In this document: positions 20,410 through 32,136 of the stretch, one piece after another
Layout: each line of letters opens with the position of its first letter
Position numbering within the stretch: position 1 is the stretch's first letter
Source of the DNA: an uncultured cyanobacterium
GTDB lineage: Bacteria; Cyanobacteriota; Cyanobacteriia; CAKZMO01
Length of the DNA stretch: 64,000 bases
Reading direction: 5' to 3'
NCBI GenBank assembly: GCA_963719515.1
Contig: CAVRCJ010000001.1
Location: 192,001 to 256,000 of the forward strand
The notes under the pieces: generated by a model
What the model was told of the DNA's origin: nothing
Database searches by the model: none
Seen by the model: only the letters and a program-made list of their open reading frames with translations
Position numbers and translations under genes: made by a program

Positions 20410-20806
20410 GTGACATCCTCCCGACGCTGACAGCAAGCTGTACAGCGCGGGCTTCCTCAGTGACTCCCAGCTATTGCCGGGACATATCCTGAGATAGGTT
20501 TATACTCCGCCTGATGCCCCACGGCAGAGTTTTGAATTTTCATCTCCGCGAGGGAGGATACGCACTATGTGTCGCAGATACATTTGCAAACTGAGGAACG
20601 GGTGACTTGCAGCTTTCGCCTACGGGCCCGTCACACTCTTTGCGGGGTGTATCACCTTGCTATCTCTATCATACCAACTGCTAGCCTCAGCGCTGAGCGC
20701 ACTATCGGCTGTGCATCATTTTGCGGGCGCACTTCGGCTAGCGCGACTCTCATCCCGACGCTCACCCTGACGGGTAGAGCGCGGGGCTTCCCGTCTAGTC
20801 GCTAAA
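20410..20806 (-). mobile_element. Non-autonomous IS200/IS605-family derivative (ORF-less, both end hairpins retained)
   Basis: Minus strand ends GGGAGGATGTCAC, like the tnpB right end at 45635-45649; both ends carry related imperfect hairpins CCCGACGCT..AGCGCGGG(G)CTTCC. Confidence 0.75.
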
Positions 20807-21201
20807 TTGAACCTCGTCTCAGCCGGGAGAGGGCTTTGATTTTCGGCGTAAACCGAGGTACTTTGCGCCACAAAGTGTAGTGAAGTAGACGGCATCGCTA
20901 CAGCGTCATGCGTAACGTCGGTAGATGACGCGTTTGTCAGTAATGCGTCCCTTGACGCCTGCTGAAGCTCGATACCCCTGACTAAGTATAGTAACGTCTT
21001 TCGGTAGTCCCTGAAGCAGGCCTATCTGCCAGGCAAACGAGCCGCAGCGACTAGCCACAGCTCACACCGGCGAGGGAGGTCATGGGTGAGTCGGGCAGTT
21101 AACAAAGCGTCGTAAGACGGCTTCTCAATTTACACTAGAGTATAGAGAGCCGCTACGATCTGATACTAACCAACACTAAAGATTTAGAAAGGTAAAGTTC
21201 T

Positions 21202-23106
21202 ATGCACCTGAGTGAATTGACCCATCCAAATCAGCTCCATGGGTTGTCGATTCATCAACTTAATCAAGTGGCCCGCCAGATTCGTGAGAAGCACCTGGAG
21301 ACGGTTGCCGCTAGTGGAGGGCATCTAGGGCCGGGGTTGGGCGTCGTCGAACTGACGCTAGCCCTCTACCAAACCCTTGACCTCGATCGCGACAAGGTCA
21401 TCTGGGACGTCGGCCACCAAGCATACCCCCATAAAATGATTACGGGGCGCTACCACAAGTTCCATACCCTACGTCAAAAAGACGGCATCGCGGGCTACCT
21501 CAAACGCTGTGAAAGCCGGTTCGACCACTTCGGAGCGGGCCATGCCTCCACCAGCATCTCGGCGGGTCTCGGCATGGCGCTTGCGCGCGACGCCCAAGGC
21601 GAGAACTTTAAAGTGGCGGCGGTCATCGGAGATGGGGCGCTGACGGGCGGTATGGCGCTGGAGGCGATCAATCACGCGGGCCACCTGCCCAATACCAAGC
21701 TGCTGGTGGTGCTCAACGACAACGAGATGTCAATTTCGCCCAACGTCGGGGCAATCCCTCGCTACCTCAACAAAATGCGCCTCAGCCCGCCCGTACAGTT
21801 TTTGGCGGACAATTTTGAAGAGCAGGTGAGACAGCTCCCCTTCATGGGGGACACCCTTCCTCCAGAGCTCACCCGCCTCAAGGAAGGCATGAAGCGACTC
21901 GCCATTCCCAAAGTAGGAGCGGTCTTCGAGGAGATGGGCTTTACCTACATGGGCCCTGTGGACGGCCACAATATTGAGGAGCTGATCAGCACCTTCAACC
22001 AGGCCCACAGTCACCAGGGCCCTGTGCTGGTGCATGTGGCAACGACCAAAGGCAAAGGCTATGCGATCGCCGAAAACGACCAGGTGGGCTATCACGCCCA
22101 GTCGCCGTTTGACCTCGCTACAGGCAAGGCCGCTCCAGCCAGCAAGCCCAAGCCTCCCGGCTACTCTAAAGTGTTTGTCCACACGCTGGTTACCCTAGCG
22201 GAAAACAATCCCAAGATTGTTGGGATCACGGCAGCGATGGCGACGGGCACTGGGCTAGTGAAGCTTCAGGCCAAGCTACCAAACCAATACATCGACGTGG
22301 GCATCGCTGAGCAGCACGCGGTCACGCTATCGGCGGGGCTAGCCTGCGAGGGGATGCGCCCGGTGGTGGCCATCTACTCTACCTTCCTGCAGCGAGCCTA
22401 CGACCAAATCATTCACGACGTCTGTATTCAAAACCTGCCGGTGTTCTTCTGCCTTGACCGGGCGGGTATTGTGGGCGCTGATGGCCCCACCCACCAAGGT
22501 CTATACGATATTGCCTCCCTGCGCTGCATCCCCAACATCGTGGTGATGGCCCCCAAAGACGAGGCCGAGCTGCAGCGCATGGTGGTTACCGGAATAAACC
22601 ACACCAGCGGCCCCATCGCCATGCGCTATCCCCGAGGTAACGGCTACGGGGTGCCGCTGATGGAAGAGGGCTGGGAGCCGATTCCTGTGGGCAAGGCGGA
22701 AATTCTGCGTCAGGGTGATGACGTCCTGCTGCTGGGCTATGGCGCTATGGTCTACCCAGCCATGCAGACGGCGGAGATCTTGAGCGAGCACGGCATAGAG
22801 GCTACAGTGGTCAATGCTCGCTTTGTCAAGCCCCTGGACACCGAGCTGATTTTGCCGCTAGCGGAGAAGATTGGCCATGTCGTCACCCTAGAAGAGGGCT
22901 GCGTGACCGGCGGCTTTGGCTCGGCGGTGGCGGAAGCGCTGCTGGACGAAGATCTTCTTGTCCGCGTGACGCGCATTGGCGTTCCCGACCAGCTTGTAGA
23001 CCACGCCAAAGCTGACGAGGCCAAGGCTGAAATCGGTTTGATGCCGTCCCAAATGGCAGAGCGTATCCTTAAGGCAAGGAAATCATCAGCGGTCTCGGTC
23101 GTTTAG
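21202..23106 (+). CDS. dxs: 1-deoxy-D-xylulose-5-phosphate synthase
   Basis: [51 protein letters not shown]. Confidence 0.99.
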   Translation: MHLSELTHPNQLHGLSIHQLNQVARQIREKHLETVAASGGHLGPGLGVVELTLALYQTLDLDRDKVIWDVGHQAYPHKMITGRYHKFHTLRQKDGIAGYLKRCESRFDHFGAGHASTSISAGLGMALARDAQGENFKVAAVIGDGALTGGMALEAINHAGHLPNTKLLVVLNDNEMSISPNVGAIPRYLNKMRLSPPVQFLADNFEEQVRQLPFMGDTLPPELTRLKEGMKRLAIPKVGAVFEEMGFTYMGPVDGHNIEELISTFNQAHSHQGPVLVHVATTKGKGYAIAENDQVGYHAQSPFDLATGKAAPASKPKPPGYSKVFVHTLVTLAENNPKIVGITAAMATGTGLVKLQAKLPNQYIDVGIAEQHAVTLSAGLACEGMRPVVAIYSTFLQRAYDQIIHDVCIQNLPVFFCLDRAGIVGADGPTHQGLYDIASLRCIPNIVVMAPKDEAELQRMVVTGINHTSGPIAMRYPRGNGYGVPLMEEGWEPIPVGKAEILRQGDDVLLLGYGAMVYPAMQTAEILSEHGIEATVVNARFVKPLDTELILPLAEKIGHVVTLEEGCVTGGFGSAVAEALLDEDLLVRVTRIGVPDQLVDHAKADEAKAEIGLMPSQMAERILKARKSSAVSVV

Positions 23107-23225
23107 AGTTAGGCGGGTAGGTCGGTCTGCGAGCCAGTTTGCCCAGCCCGGCTGAGCTACCCGCGCCTGTCTGCCTTGGGAGGCAAGACTGTCTTTAAAT
23201 TGAGATTAGGTAGGGTGAGGCGATC

Positions 23226-23513
23226 ATGCCAGCTTTCACATCTAGAGTGTCCGTCCACGTGCTGGTTTCTGGGGTCGTTCAGGGCGTAGGGTACCGCATG
23301 TCGGCGCGGGATGCCGCGCTCCACCACGGACTCGCAGGCTGGGTGAAAAACTTACCCGATGGCCGGGTCGAGGCGGCCTTTGAGGGAGGCTCAGAGGCGG
23401 TGGAAGCAATGATTCGCTGGTGCCGTCAAGGGCCTCCGGCTGCTGCGGTCGATGAGGTCGCGGTGGAATACCAGGAATTAGAGGGCGCGCAAACGTTCGA
23501 GATTCGGCGATAA
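23226..23513 (+). CDS. acyP: Acylphosphatase
   Basis: [10 protein letters not shown] and [12 protein letters not shown] signatures. Confidence 0.95.
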   Translation: MPAFTSRVSVHVLVSGVVQGVGYRMSARDAALHHGLAGWVKNLPDGRVEAAFEGGSEAVEAMIRWCRQGPPAAAVDEVAVEYQELEGAQTFEIRR

Positions 23514-23555
23514 TCATCTCACCCGCTGTTGATGACGTAGGCATGGAGTGAAGCG

Positions 23556-23741
23556 ATGTTAGGTTTAGGTTGGCCCGAAGTGGTCGTAGTCTTGGTTGTG
23601 GCTTTGCTCATCTTTGGTCCTAAAAAGATCCCGGAGATTGGCGGAGCGTTTGGCAAAACGCTCAAGGGATTTAAAGATGAGATCAGCGGTAGTCCTGACG
23701 AAGACTTGATTGATGGATATGACGACGACGATGACGCTTAG
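23556..23741 (+). CDS. tatA: Twin-arginine translocase TatA/TatE subunit
   Basis: GLGWPE..ALLIFGPKKIPEIGGAFGKTLKGFK. Confidence 0.92.
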   Translation: MLGLGWPEVVVVLVVALLIFGPKKIPEIGGAFGKTLKGFKDEISGSPDEDLIDGYDDDDDA

Positions 23742-23862
23742 CGCCTGATATGGCGTCTGGAGGATCAAACCGCGGGGTGAGCGCGCCCAACACAGATCCG
23801 TGACCCAAACGCAACAGGCGTTGAGTATTGAAGCGCGGTCCGGAGCCCACGAGGCGATCGCC

Positions 23863-24426
23863 CTAAGGCTGCTGGATTGGCCAGGTTCCTGCCACAGACC
23901 AGCCGTCGCCATTATCTTGATAGAGCTTCATATCCCATCCAGCCCTTGCTGTCCAGTTAATCTTCTCCCCCAAAGACTGCAGCGCTTTATGCTGAGCCTC
24001 ATCTGCTGGGAACGCCAGGTGGAGATAAAGCGCCTCTTCCGGACAGATTTGCGTTTGAGTAGGCTGCAGGCGCTCCATGAGTGTGGCAATCACCTTGTGG
24101 ACCCAAGCAGAGGATAGCTCTAGCTGGTGGTGGCGAATTGAGTAGTGGGAATCGACGACTTCAACCACGGCGTCATTCTGTTTTGGGGCCCCCATAATAG
24201 CGGCATCAAGATGCGCAATGTAGTCGTCGGCAGAGACCGCCCCCCGAAAATTCTTTACGAGCGAGCAGTAAGGCGGCTCAGCGGGCTGTCCCACAATCTC
24301 AGACAGCTCGCCCTGGTACTGGGTAAGCTCCTCCGCCAGGTCTCCCGTCGCGTATAGCCGAATTGAGAACTGAGCCATCTGGCCTCCTGGGGTTATAGCG
24401 AGTTGGGGGGTTGTGGAAGGGGTCAT
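23863..24426 (-). CDS. Hypothetical protein translationally coupled to chlD
   Basis: 187-aa ORF whose ATG overlaps the chlD stop (ATGA). Confidence 0.65.
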   Translation of the reverse strand: MTPSTTPQLAITPGGQMAQFSIRLYATGDLAEELTQYQGELSEIVGQPAEPPYCSLVKNFRGAVSADDYIAHLDAAIMGAPKQNDAVVEVVDSHYSIRHHQLELSSAWVHKVIATLMERLQPTQTQICPEEALYLHLAFPADEAQHKALQSLGEKINWTARAGWDMKLYQDNGDGWSVAGTWPIQQP

Positions 24427-26486
24427 GCAGGCGAGAGCGCATCCCTAATGGCTCCCTGAGTCATGGCCGCGATCGCCTGGTCGGTCGCCTTAGGGAGGTG
24501 ATAGTATTTTCCTCCGGCTTGCTGAGCCAGCTCTTTGGCAAACCCCGTGGAGACGAACTTGCGCTCGGTGTCGACAATCAAAAACTGAAAGCCCGTCCCT
24601 CGAATCTTACCCGCAATATCCAGCAGTTCAGCTTTGATATCGGGTTTTTCGTCGTCAGGGGTAAGCTCCCCCAACGATAGCGCTAGCGGGACGTTGCCTC
24701 GCCCGTCGGTAATTGCCACAATCAGCACCTGCCCGATGTCGCCAGATTTCTGGGCATTTACCCCAACCCTGACCGCCTGGGTGAGACCGTGGGCCAAAGG
24801 AGACCCTCCCCCACAGGCCATGCGCTCCAGCCTACGGCTAGCCGCAGAGATAGAGCGGGTGGGGGGCAGCAAGACCTCGGCCTGCTTACCCCGAAAAGGA
24901 ATCAGGGCCACCTGGTCGCGGTTTTGATAGGCTTCGGTGAGCAGCCGCAGCACGGCCCCTTTGGCGGCCTGCATGCGGTTGAGGGCCATAGAGCCGGAAG
25001 CATCTACCACAAACACCACCAGGGCTCCCGACTTACGGGCCAGCTGCTTGGTGCGGATGTCGCCCTGCTCAACAAAGACCCGGCGGCTGGGCTGGCGATC
25101 TTGGTTCTGGCGATCGCCTTTTTCGCGGCGGGCCTTTTGGTAGGGGGCCGCGGCTCTGAGGGTGGCGTCCACAGCGATGCGGCGCACCTGGCCCCGAGGC
25201 AAAATAGGGCGAATGTAGCGTCCCCGGTCTTCGGAAAAGATCAGGTTGCGGGATCCGGATTTACCCTGGCGCTGGGCGGTTTGGGCGAAGTAGAGCACCG
25301 AGGGGTCAAGGATGACCCCTTCTGGGTCGAAGATAAACTCTTCGGGGATGTCGGGGACGGAGTCCTGGTCCTGCTCTTCCTGGTCTTGGTCCTGGTCCGG
25401 GTCTTGCTCTTGCTCTTGCGAATCTTCGGTATCGGGCTCTGGCGGCGGGGGCGGGGGCGGCTCATTGGGAGGTTGCTCCACCTGGATGGCCCGGGGCACA
25501 ATCACCAGCTCCACCGCCTTGCGCAAATCTTCAGCGTTGATGCCGGTACGTCCGTCGAGCGCCGCATGGGCTTTAGCCACTCTCACCGCAAACAGCTCGG
25601 CCCGGTGGCCTTGCACCCCCGCCCTCAGCGCTTCGTTGACCAAGTAGGCCACCTGATCGCGGGTAATGACGACGTCGCTGAGCCACTCCCGCGCCAAAAT
25701 AATTTGGGTCTTAATGCCGTCAATATCTTCGGCGTACTGCTCTAGAAACGCCTGGGGAGATTCGGCGTAGCCCGTGGCCTGCTGCACTGCCTCTACGCGC
25801 TCATCTAGGCCCAGCACCTGGTCTGCGGAGAGGGCGATCGCAATGCGGTCGACCACATGGGGGCGCAGCTCGCCCTCGTCAGGATTGTAGGTGGCCACTA
25901 GGATGGGACGGCAGGGGTGCCAAGCGCTGATGCCTTCCCGCTCAATTTGGTTGCGGCCCTCGGTGACGGTGGCCAGCAGCAGGTTAGAAATCTGGTCGTC
26001 TAGCAGGTTGAGGTCGTCAATGTACATCACTCCTCGGTGAGCCTCCGCCAGCAGTCCGGGCTGCAGTACGGTAGCGCCCTGCTTCATGGACTGAGCGACA
26101 TCGACGGCCCCTAGCAAGCGGTCTTCGGTGACCCCGAGAGGTACTTGGATAAAGGGGCAGGGAATGACGGCTGTTTCTGAGGCCGCCTCTGGATTTGCCT
26201 CTGGGCTTATCTGCGGGCTTGTCTCCAGATTTATCTTTGGCGCTGTTTCAGACGATGGCTCTTGCTCATCCGGCGCGGCATTGTAGTACGAGCCTTTTAC
26301 CACCTCAATCGGGGGCAGCAGAGCATGCAGCGCCCGCGCCATCACGGACTTTGCCGTTCCCCGCCGTCCGGAAATGACCACCCCTCCAAGCTCGGGGTCG
26401 ATGGCCACCAGCAGCAGCGCCAGCTTGATGGCTTCTTGACCGACAACGGCGGTGAGGGGAAACGCAACGGGAGCAGTCGAAACCAT
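24423..26486 (-). CDS. chlD: Magnesium chelatase subunit D
   Basis: AAA+ N-terminus (GRRGTAKS), Pro/acidic linker, v[14 protein letters not shown]. Confidence 0.97.
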   Translation of the reverse strand: MVSTAPVAFPLTAVVGQEAIKLALLLVAIDPELGGVVISGRRGTAKSVMARALHALLPPIEVVKGSYYNAAPDEQEPSSETAPKINLETSPQISPEANPEAASETAVIPCPFIQVPLGVTEDRLLGAVDVAQSMKQGATVLQPGLLAEAHRGVMYIDDLNLLDDQISNLLLATVTEGRNQIEREGISAWHPCRPILVATYNPDEGELRPHVVDRIAIALSADQVLGLDERVEAVQQATGYAESPQAFLEQYAEDIDGIKTQIILAREWLSDVVITRDQVAYLVNEALRAGVQGHRAELFAVRVAKAHAALDGRTGINAEDLRKAVELVIVPRAIQVEQPPNEPPPPPPPEPDTEDSQEQEQDPDQDQDQEEQDQDSVPDIPEEFIFDPEGVILDPSVLYFAQTAQRQGKSGSRNLIFSEDRGRYIRPILPRGQVRRIAVDATLRAAAPYQKARREKGDRQNQDRQPSRRVFVEQGDIRTKQLARKSGALVVFVVDASGSMALNRMQAAKGAVLRLLTEAYQNRDQVALIPFRGKQAEVLLPPTRSISAASRRLERMACGGGSPLAHGLTQAVRVGVNAQKSGDIGQVLIVAITDGRGNVPLALSLGELTPDDEKPDIKAELLDIAGKIRGTGFQFLIVDTERKFVSTGFAKELAQQAGGKYYHLPKATDQAIAAMTQGAIRDALSPA

Positions 26487-26656
26487 GTATCAAGCAGGAT
26501 AATCTAGCTTTCTAACGATATCAATATTTAACGTCCTGTAGCGGCAGGCGATCGCTATGATCACGGAATATGGCAATGCTACATTGACCAGATAAGCCAA
26601 AGCGTATAGATGTTAAAGAATGTAGCAGGGCATTTACCTCACAGCTGCGATCGCCT

Positions 26657-27148
26657 ATGTCCCCCCGTTTTGCCACCACCACAGATTGGGAGCAGGCCAA
26701 CCTGCTAATGCAGCCCACCTTTATCCGCGTCATCGACAACCTGCGCAAGCAGCTAGAGCGATCGCCCTGGAAGGGAACATACCGGGACGTGGCGGCTTGG
26801 CCAGACGGCACTTCGGCAGCAGAGCGCGAGCAGGTGCTGCAGCTGCAGGAGGCTCTCAAGTCGGCCCAGGCGGAGGAGGTAGCCCGCATTCAGGCGACGC
26901 TAGACCAGCTGCCCCAGCCCTATCCCGGCTATGAGCTTTGCCTAGCTCATGGGGAGCGTGAGGTGACGGTGGAGCTGTGGGAGCTGTGCTATCGCATTTG
27001 TTTTGTGAATTATGAGGAGAGCCCTGAGGCGATTGTGGATGCGCGCCTAATTGACGAGCAGGGAGAGGTGGATTGGCACCGGCTCGACGCCAAGACAAAG
27101 ACCTTAATTGGCGAGGTTTTCGCCAGGCTACCCCAACCCTCTACATAA
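26657..27148 (+). CDS. Conserved cyanobacterial hypothetical protein
   Basis: 163-aa ORF with MQPTFIRVIDNLRKQLE and LWELCYRICF. Confidence 0.75.
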   Translation: MSPRFATTTDWEQANLLMQPTFIRVIDNLRKQLERSPWKGTYRDVAAWPDGTSAAEREQVLQLQEALKSAQAEEVARIQATLDQLPQPYPGYELCLAHGEREVTVELWELCYRICFVNYEESPEAIVDARLIDEQGEVDWHRLDAKTKTLIGEVFARLPQPST

Positions 27149-27422
27149 TTTTTGGCACCTTGAAGAAGGCTTCGTCTCGCTCGGGGGCACCTTCCAGCAT
27201 AGTCTCACGCTCTAGAGTCGGCTCCTTCACGTCAGCGCGGGTGACGTTGCTCACGTCAATCGCCCGCGTAGTGGGGGGTACGTCAGCGGCCTCTAGCTCG
27301 TCGAGCTGCTGCACGTAGTTCAAGATGTCTCCAAGCTGGGCGGTAAACTGCACTTCTTCTGCTTCGGTGAGGGCGAGTCGCGCGAGGTAGGCGACTTTTT
27401 TCACTTGCTCTCGGTCTAGCAT
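27141..27422 (-). CDS. gatC: Asp-tRNA(Asn)/Glu-tRNA(Gln) amidotransferase subunit C
   Basis: VKKVAYLARL...FFKVPKIM. Confidence 0.97.
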   Translation of the reverse strand: MLDREQVKKVAYLARLALTEAEEVQFTAQLGDILNYVQQLDELEAADVPPTTRAIDVSNVTRADVKEPTLERETMLEGAPERDEAFFKVPKIM

Positions 27423-27504
27423 GGTCGAGTTATGGGTTGGTAACGGTTTTCAGTCGATTGGGGAGCCGATTTTGGAGTCGGACGTCTTGGAAGACCCCCT
27501 CTAG

Positions 27505-27642
27505 CTCCCCCTTGCTAAGGGGGAGAACTTCGGCATTGATGAATCAAGGTACGAATTCACAGCATTAAGTAAGCCCGAAGGCAGGCGTGGGGACATGGCA
27601 GTGCCATGTCCGTACAAGGCGCATACCCCAAATCAGCAACGC
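27505..27642. repeat. Cluster of short palindromic repeats: CTCCCCCTT-GCT-AAGGGGGAG hairpin and REP-like GGACATGGCA-G-TGCCATGTCC-GTAC inside a degenerate MITE-like frame
   Basis: Hairpins at 27505-27525 and 27591-27615; imperfect terminal inverted repeats at ~27533-27553 and 27622-27642. Confidence 0.6.
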
Positions 27643-27657
27643 TAGAATTTCTTCGAG

Positions 27658-28179
27658 TTAGAAAAACACGTCCATCTTAGAGCGTCCGGTGGTCTTTAAC
27701 CAGTTTTGAGCTTCGATGTAGTTGTTGGGGGCAAGGCGAATGGCCTGCTGCCAGTGATCGGCGGCCTGCTTTAAGTGCTGCTCGGCCTCTTCTTCTAGCC
27801 CTTCCTCTTTGGCCCGCTCCCCTAAGTAATGGTGGATGACGGCAATATTGTTCAGGGCCTGGGGCATCCGGGGGTTGAGGTCGATGGCTTCTTGGTAAAG
27901 CCCAAGCGCTCTGCCGTGCTCGCCGTTGCTGCCGTGGATCAGCCCCATATTGTAGAGAATGTAGCTGCGATCGTAGGAGTCTTCTTCGAGCTTAAGAGCC
28001 TCTTCGTAGTTGTCTAGGGCTTCAGCGTATTCGCCGTCGGCCTGGGCCGACATGCCGTCGCGATAATAGACGAAGGCCTCTTTAGCCTTTTGCTTGGCGG
28101 GCATGACTTTGAGGATGATGTCCGCCATTACGGTGAAGGACTTGTCGATGAAGTTGTCGTTTCGCTGCGTTCTAGGCAT
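27658..28179 (-). CDS. ycf3: Photosystem I assembly protein Ycf3
   Basis: [18 protein letters not shown] repeats, [13 protein letters not shown]. Confidence 0.99.
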   Translation of the reverse strand: MPRTQRNDNFIDKSFTVMADIILKVMPAKQKAKEAFVYYRDGMSAQADGEYAEALDNYEEALKLEEDSYDRSYILYNMGLIHGSNGEHGRALGLYQEAIDLNPRMPQALNNIAVIHHYLGERAKEEGLEEEAEQHLKQAADHWQQAIRLAPNNYIEAQNWLKTTGRSKMDVFF

Positions 28180-28348
28180 GATGGGTGGGGCTGCGCCTTG
28201 GATTCACACCCCCGATTTTATCGCCTGCGATCGCTGCTGGGGAGAATATGCGGGAATTGTATCAACTTGCAACTGTTGCCAAGGTTCGCCCGAGACAGGG
28301 TGTCGCCTGCCGGGGGAAATGTGCTAGTTTTAGTGAACGCTATGCCTT

Positions 28349-28419
<71 letters not shown>

Positions 28420-28595
28420 TTAAACAAAGACTCAAGCCGCCTACGGTCGGAAACTGTCGGTGCTCTGCCCAGACAACGCCCAACGAGGCGGGCTCCACCG
28501 GTTGCCCGATGAAGCCCATGCTCTATTCTGAGTAGATGTTCGTAGAGAGATATTCGTAGAGCGGTTCCGCAAGAAGAAAACCGAGAGCATTCACC

Positions 28596-29033
28596 CTATT
28601 CGCCACCGCCTACGCTGATGGGCGTTCCCAAAACCTGAGCATTTTGAAGGTCTAGGTTTTCCATAGAGGCCCCGGAGACATCGGCGTGGTAGATCCGCGC
28701 CTCAGTGAAGTCAACGCCATCTAAATTTGCATTCGTCAGGACGGAATTTGTGAGTAGCGCAGACGTCAGGTCCGCGTCTTGCAGATTGGCCCCGGCCAAA
28801 TCGGCCCCTTCTAAATTCGCTCCAACAAGAGTCGCACCGCTTAAATCGGCGTTACGGAGGTCAGCACCGATTAAGTGCGCCTCCCTCAGGTCCGCGCCGC
28901 TCAAGTCGCAGCTTGCGCAGGCTCCCGTCATTAACAGCTGCTGAAGGTGCTGTGGGTCTTCAGCGCGGGCAGATGTTGCCGCCAAGGTGCTCGCTATCAC
29001 GCCGGTCGTTAGGGCAATCAATAGGTTTCGCAT
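28596..29033 (-). CDS. Pentapeptide-repeat protein with signal peptide
   Basis: A(D/N)Lxx repeats, CASC motif, N-terminal signal ending ARA. Confidence 0.9.
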   Translation of the reverse strand: MRNLLIALTTGVIASTLAATSARAEDPQHLQQLLMTGACASCDLSGADLREAHLIGADLRNADLSGATLVGANLEGADLAGANLQDADLTSALLTNSVLTNANLDGVDFTEARIYHADVSGASMENLDLQNAQVLGTPISVGGGE

Positions 29034-29428
29034 CTTAAAAATATCTCCTCGTCAAATTATTTAGCCATCTATGGCATGTCGCGCCCTTTTGTCTTGTCGT
29101 AGCTTGTGAAGCCCGTAGTCCCTAGATGAATTTCTAGGTCCGCAAGAGTCCTGAGCCACCCGGCGAAAGGCGTAGAGGATGCCGGTAAGACAGCGCTTGA
29201 AGTCGATCAAGAAACGCTGGCGCTAGTCGCCAAAAAGGGGTAAGGCAGCTTATTCTTTTATTTGCTATTGCCTTTTGCTACACCATTAGTATAGGATGTA
29301 GGGCTGCGATCGCCTTCCTTCTTCCGAATGATTTCCGAGCTAGGGATTGCTAAGCTTAAGGCTGATGCCTCTACGTCGGTACCATTTACCATAGAAGACG
29401 CTCCGTTCTTTATTTCTGTTGGGCTTCT

Positions 29429-30796
29429 ATGGCACTCGACTACGATTTTCTGGTGATTGGCGGCGGCTCTGGCGGTTTGGCCGCCTCGAAGCAAGCGGCC
29501 TCCTACGGAAAGCGCACGGCAATCGTTGAGCAGACGGCCTATGGTGGAACCTGCGCCAACCGAGGCTGCATTCCTAAAAAGCTGATTGTCTATGCGGCTG
29601 ACATTGCGCTAGAGATGCAGAGCGCCGCTGCCTTTGGCTGGCAGCAGACTAGCCTTTCCCTACAGTGGCCCAAGCTGACCGAGGCGATTCAGGTCCATGT
29701 CGACCAGATTGGCCAGTCTATTGCGTCTTCCCTTGAAGAGAAGGGGATAGACACTATCCGGGGGCAGGCCCACTTCGCGGATCCCCACACCGTTATCGTT
29801 GAGGGAGACGAGGGAAGGCGAGAAATTACCGCCGAGACCATTGTCATCGCTGTAGGGGGTCGCCCTAACCGGCTCGACATTCCCGGAGCCGACCATGCAC
29901 TGGTTTCAAGCGATATGTTTACCCTCCCCGAGCGACCCCAGCGGCTCGCGGTTATGGGGGGAGGCTACATCGGCGTTGAGTTTGCCAGCATGCTGGCGGC
30001 CTTTGGCACGCAGGTAACGCTACTCGACCCCAGCGGCCTCATTTTGAGCGGCTTTGACCAAACCCTACAGCAGTCTTTGCAAACGGCGCTCTGCGATCGC
30101 GGTATTACTATTCTGGGGGAGACCACGGCCAAATCTATTGAGAAGACCAGCAGTGGCCTGATGCTGAGTCTCAAAAGCGAGCTGGACGGACGCCCCGGCC
30201 AGCTTGAGGTAGACCAGGTGCTAATGGCGGTGGGTCGCCACCCCTACCTCAAGCCCCTGAACCTAGAAAAGGCCAACGTCGAGACGAAGGAGGGGGCGAT
30301 CGCCGTCGATGACTACAGCCAGACCTCCCAAGACAATATCTACGCCGTGGGTGACTGCACCAATCGTCTGCCCCTCACCCCAGTGGCGATCGCGGAAGGC
30401 GAAGCGGTGGCTCGCACCTGCTATGGCGGTGAGCCGGTACAGGTGGATTATCAGTGGGTTCCTTCCGCCGTGTTTGCCCGCCCCGAGCTGGCTGCGGTAG
30501 GGCTGACGGAGGCTGAGGCAAAGAAAAAGTTTGGCGACTCGGGAATTGAAGTTGTCCTCACCCGGTTTCAGCCGCTGAAGCAGCAGTTCTCGGGAGAGGG
30601 TGCCCCCGCCGTGATCAAGCTCGTGACCGATAGCGTGACGCAGCGAGTGCTGGGGCTACATATGCTCGGTGAGCATGCCGCTGAAGTCGTACAGGCCGCC
30701 GCGATCGCCATCAAGCAAGGCGTCACCGCCGAGCAGCTCAGCCAAACTATTGGCATACATCCCTCCACTGGGGAGGAGTTGCTAGATTTGGTCTAA
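29429..30796 (+). CDS. gor: Glutathione reductase-like pyridine nucleotide-disulfide oxidoreductase
   Basis: GGGSGG, GGTCANRGCIPKK, GGGYIGVEFA, IGIHPSTGEE. Confidence 0.85.
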   Translation: MALDYDFLVIGGGSGGLAASKQAASYGKRTAIVEQTAYGGTCANRGCIPKKLIVYAADIALEMQSAAAFGWQQTSLSLQWPKLTEAIQVHVDQIGQSIASSLEEKGIDTIRGQAHFADPHTVIVEGDEGRREITAETIVIAVGGRPNRLDIPGADHALVSSDMFTLPERPQRLAVMGGGYIGVEFASMLAAFGTQVTLLDPSGLILSGFDQTLQQSLQTALCDRGITILGETTAKSIEKTSSGLMLSLKSELDGRPGQLEVDQVLMAVGRHPYLKPLNLEKANVETKEGAIAVDDYSQTSQDNIYAVGDCTNRLPLTPVAIAEGEAVARTCYGGEPVQVDYQWVPSAVFARPELAAVGLTEAEAKKKFGDSGIEVVLTRFQPLKQQFSGEGAPAVIKLVTDSVTQRVLGLHMLGEHAAEVVQAAAIAIKQGVTAEQLSQTIGIHPSTGEELLDLV

Positions 30797-30840
30797 CCGG
30801 TATTTTAAGAATAGTTAGTTTTCACAAGAGGAGTTATTGT

Positions 30841-31035
30841 ATGGCAATGACATTTGACGTTCCGTCTATCACCTGTCAGGGCTGCGCCGACACGATCACC
30901 GAAGTGCTCAAAACGGCTGACTCTGAGGCTAAGGTGACTGTAGACGTTGAGAAGAAAACCGTCAGCATTGAGTCTGAAATGGCGGAGGCCTCAGCGCGGC
31001 AGGCGATCGTGTCGGCGGGTCACGACGTGAAATAG
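30841..31035 (+). CDS. Heavy-metal-associated (CopZ/Atx1-like) chaperone
   Basis: 64 aa with ITCQGC metal motif; AGAGGAG RBS. Confidence 0.88.
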   Translation: MAMTFDVPSITCQGCADTITEVLKTADSEAKVTVDVEKKTVSIESEMAEASARQAIVSAGHDVK

Positions 31036-31052
31036 CTGTTGATCTCGATAGA

Positions 31053-31084
31053 GTAGACCGAGGCTGGGCCCAGCCTCGGTCTAC
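31053..31084. repeat. Perfect 32-bp palindrome, probable bidirectional terminator / REP-like element
   Basis: GTAGACCGAGGCTGGG-CCCAGCCTCGGTCTAC between convergent genes. Confidence 0.75.
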
Positions 31085-32136
31085 AGGACGTCCTCAGCAT
31101 CAGGCTCAGCCTCAGGGCGGCTTTGCCCCAAGCCCACCGGCCCAGACGCTAGCGACGTCAGCGCTTCCCGCTGATTGATCAAATAAATGCTGACTAGCGT
31201 AATTAAAACCCCTGCCCACTGGATTCCGCTGAGGCGCTCCCTTAAAAACAGGTTGCCGAACGCCAGGGCAAAGATAGGCGTGAGGAACGTCAGCGAAGTA
31301 AAGCTGGTGAGGTCGCGGCTAGAGGCAAAGTAGAAAAACAAACCGTAAGCTGCAGCGCTACCCAAGATAGAGGCGTAGCTGAGGGCCAGCCAGTCAGAGC
31401 CAGTGAGCTGCTGCCAAGGGGCTGCCTCACTCCACAGAGAGAGCCCCGCAATCACCACGCCCCCCAAAACCATGTGCCAGCCCGTAGCCATCACCGGGTC
31501 GCAGTGGCGGCAAACGTAGCGTACCATCACCGTCCCTACCGCCATAGACAGCGCCGCCATGAGCATCAGCCACTCGCCGCTGCCCAACAGTTTCTCAAAC
31601 AGCGGCCCCGCCGCCTCGCTCAAATGGCTCAGGGATAAATGACTTGAGGGGAAGGCCTGCAGTACAGCGCCGTCTAGATGGCGAAGGGCCTCTAATCCAG
31701 ACTCAAACCAGGCGTCAGGAAGCCCCAGCAGGCTAATTCCCAACACGCCCAACACAAGCCCCGCAGCCCCTACAACCCCAATCAGCTCTCCAAATAAAAA
31801 TCGGGCCATCAGCGCCACGGCGATGGGCTGGGAGTCAATCATCACCGAGCCCAGTCCGGCTCCCGTACGCACCAGGCCCAGCGCCAAAAAGCCCTGAAAC
31901 AAAGCCCCGTCCACCAGCGCAAACAGCATTACCCACAGCCAGGCTCGCCAACCCGTCACCGCCGGGCGGCCCATGAGCCAGGCGACCAGCAGCACGAGCA
32001 GCCCAGCCGGTAGAAGGCGCAGGGTGGCCACGAATAGGGGAGCGGTGTGGGGCAGGGCTCCCTTCATGGCTACCATTGCCGTTCCCCAGAGAAAGAATGG
32101 CGCGATGAGCAGCAGAGATTTGGCCTGTGAAAGCAT
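31081..32136 (-). CDS. DMT/EamA family transporter
   Basis: Hydrophobic multi-TM ORF, FFLWGTAMVAMK, FLTPIFALAFG. Confidence 0.92.
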   Translation of the reverse strand: MLSQAKSLLLIAPFFLWGTAMVAMKGALPHTAPLFVATLRLLPAGLLVLLVAWLMGRPAVTGWRAWLWVMLFALVDGALFQGFLALGLVRTGAGLGSVMIDSQPIAVALMARFLFGELIGVVGAAGLVLGVLGISLLGLPDAWFESGLEALRHLDGAVLQAFPSSHLSLSHLSEAAGPLFEKLLGSGEWLMLMAALSMAVGTVMVRYVCRHCDPVMATGWHMVLGGVVIAGLSLWSEAAPWQQLTGSDWLALSYASILGSAAAYGLFFYFASSRDLTSFTSLTFLTPIFALAFGNLFLRERLSGIQWAGVLITLVSIYLINQREALTSLASGPVGLGQSRPEAEPDAEDVL

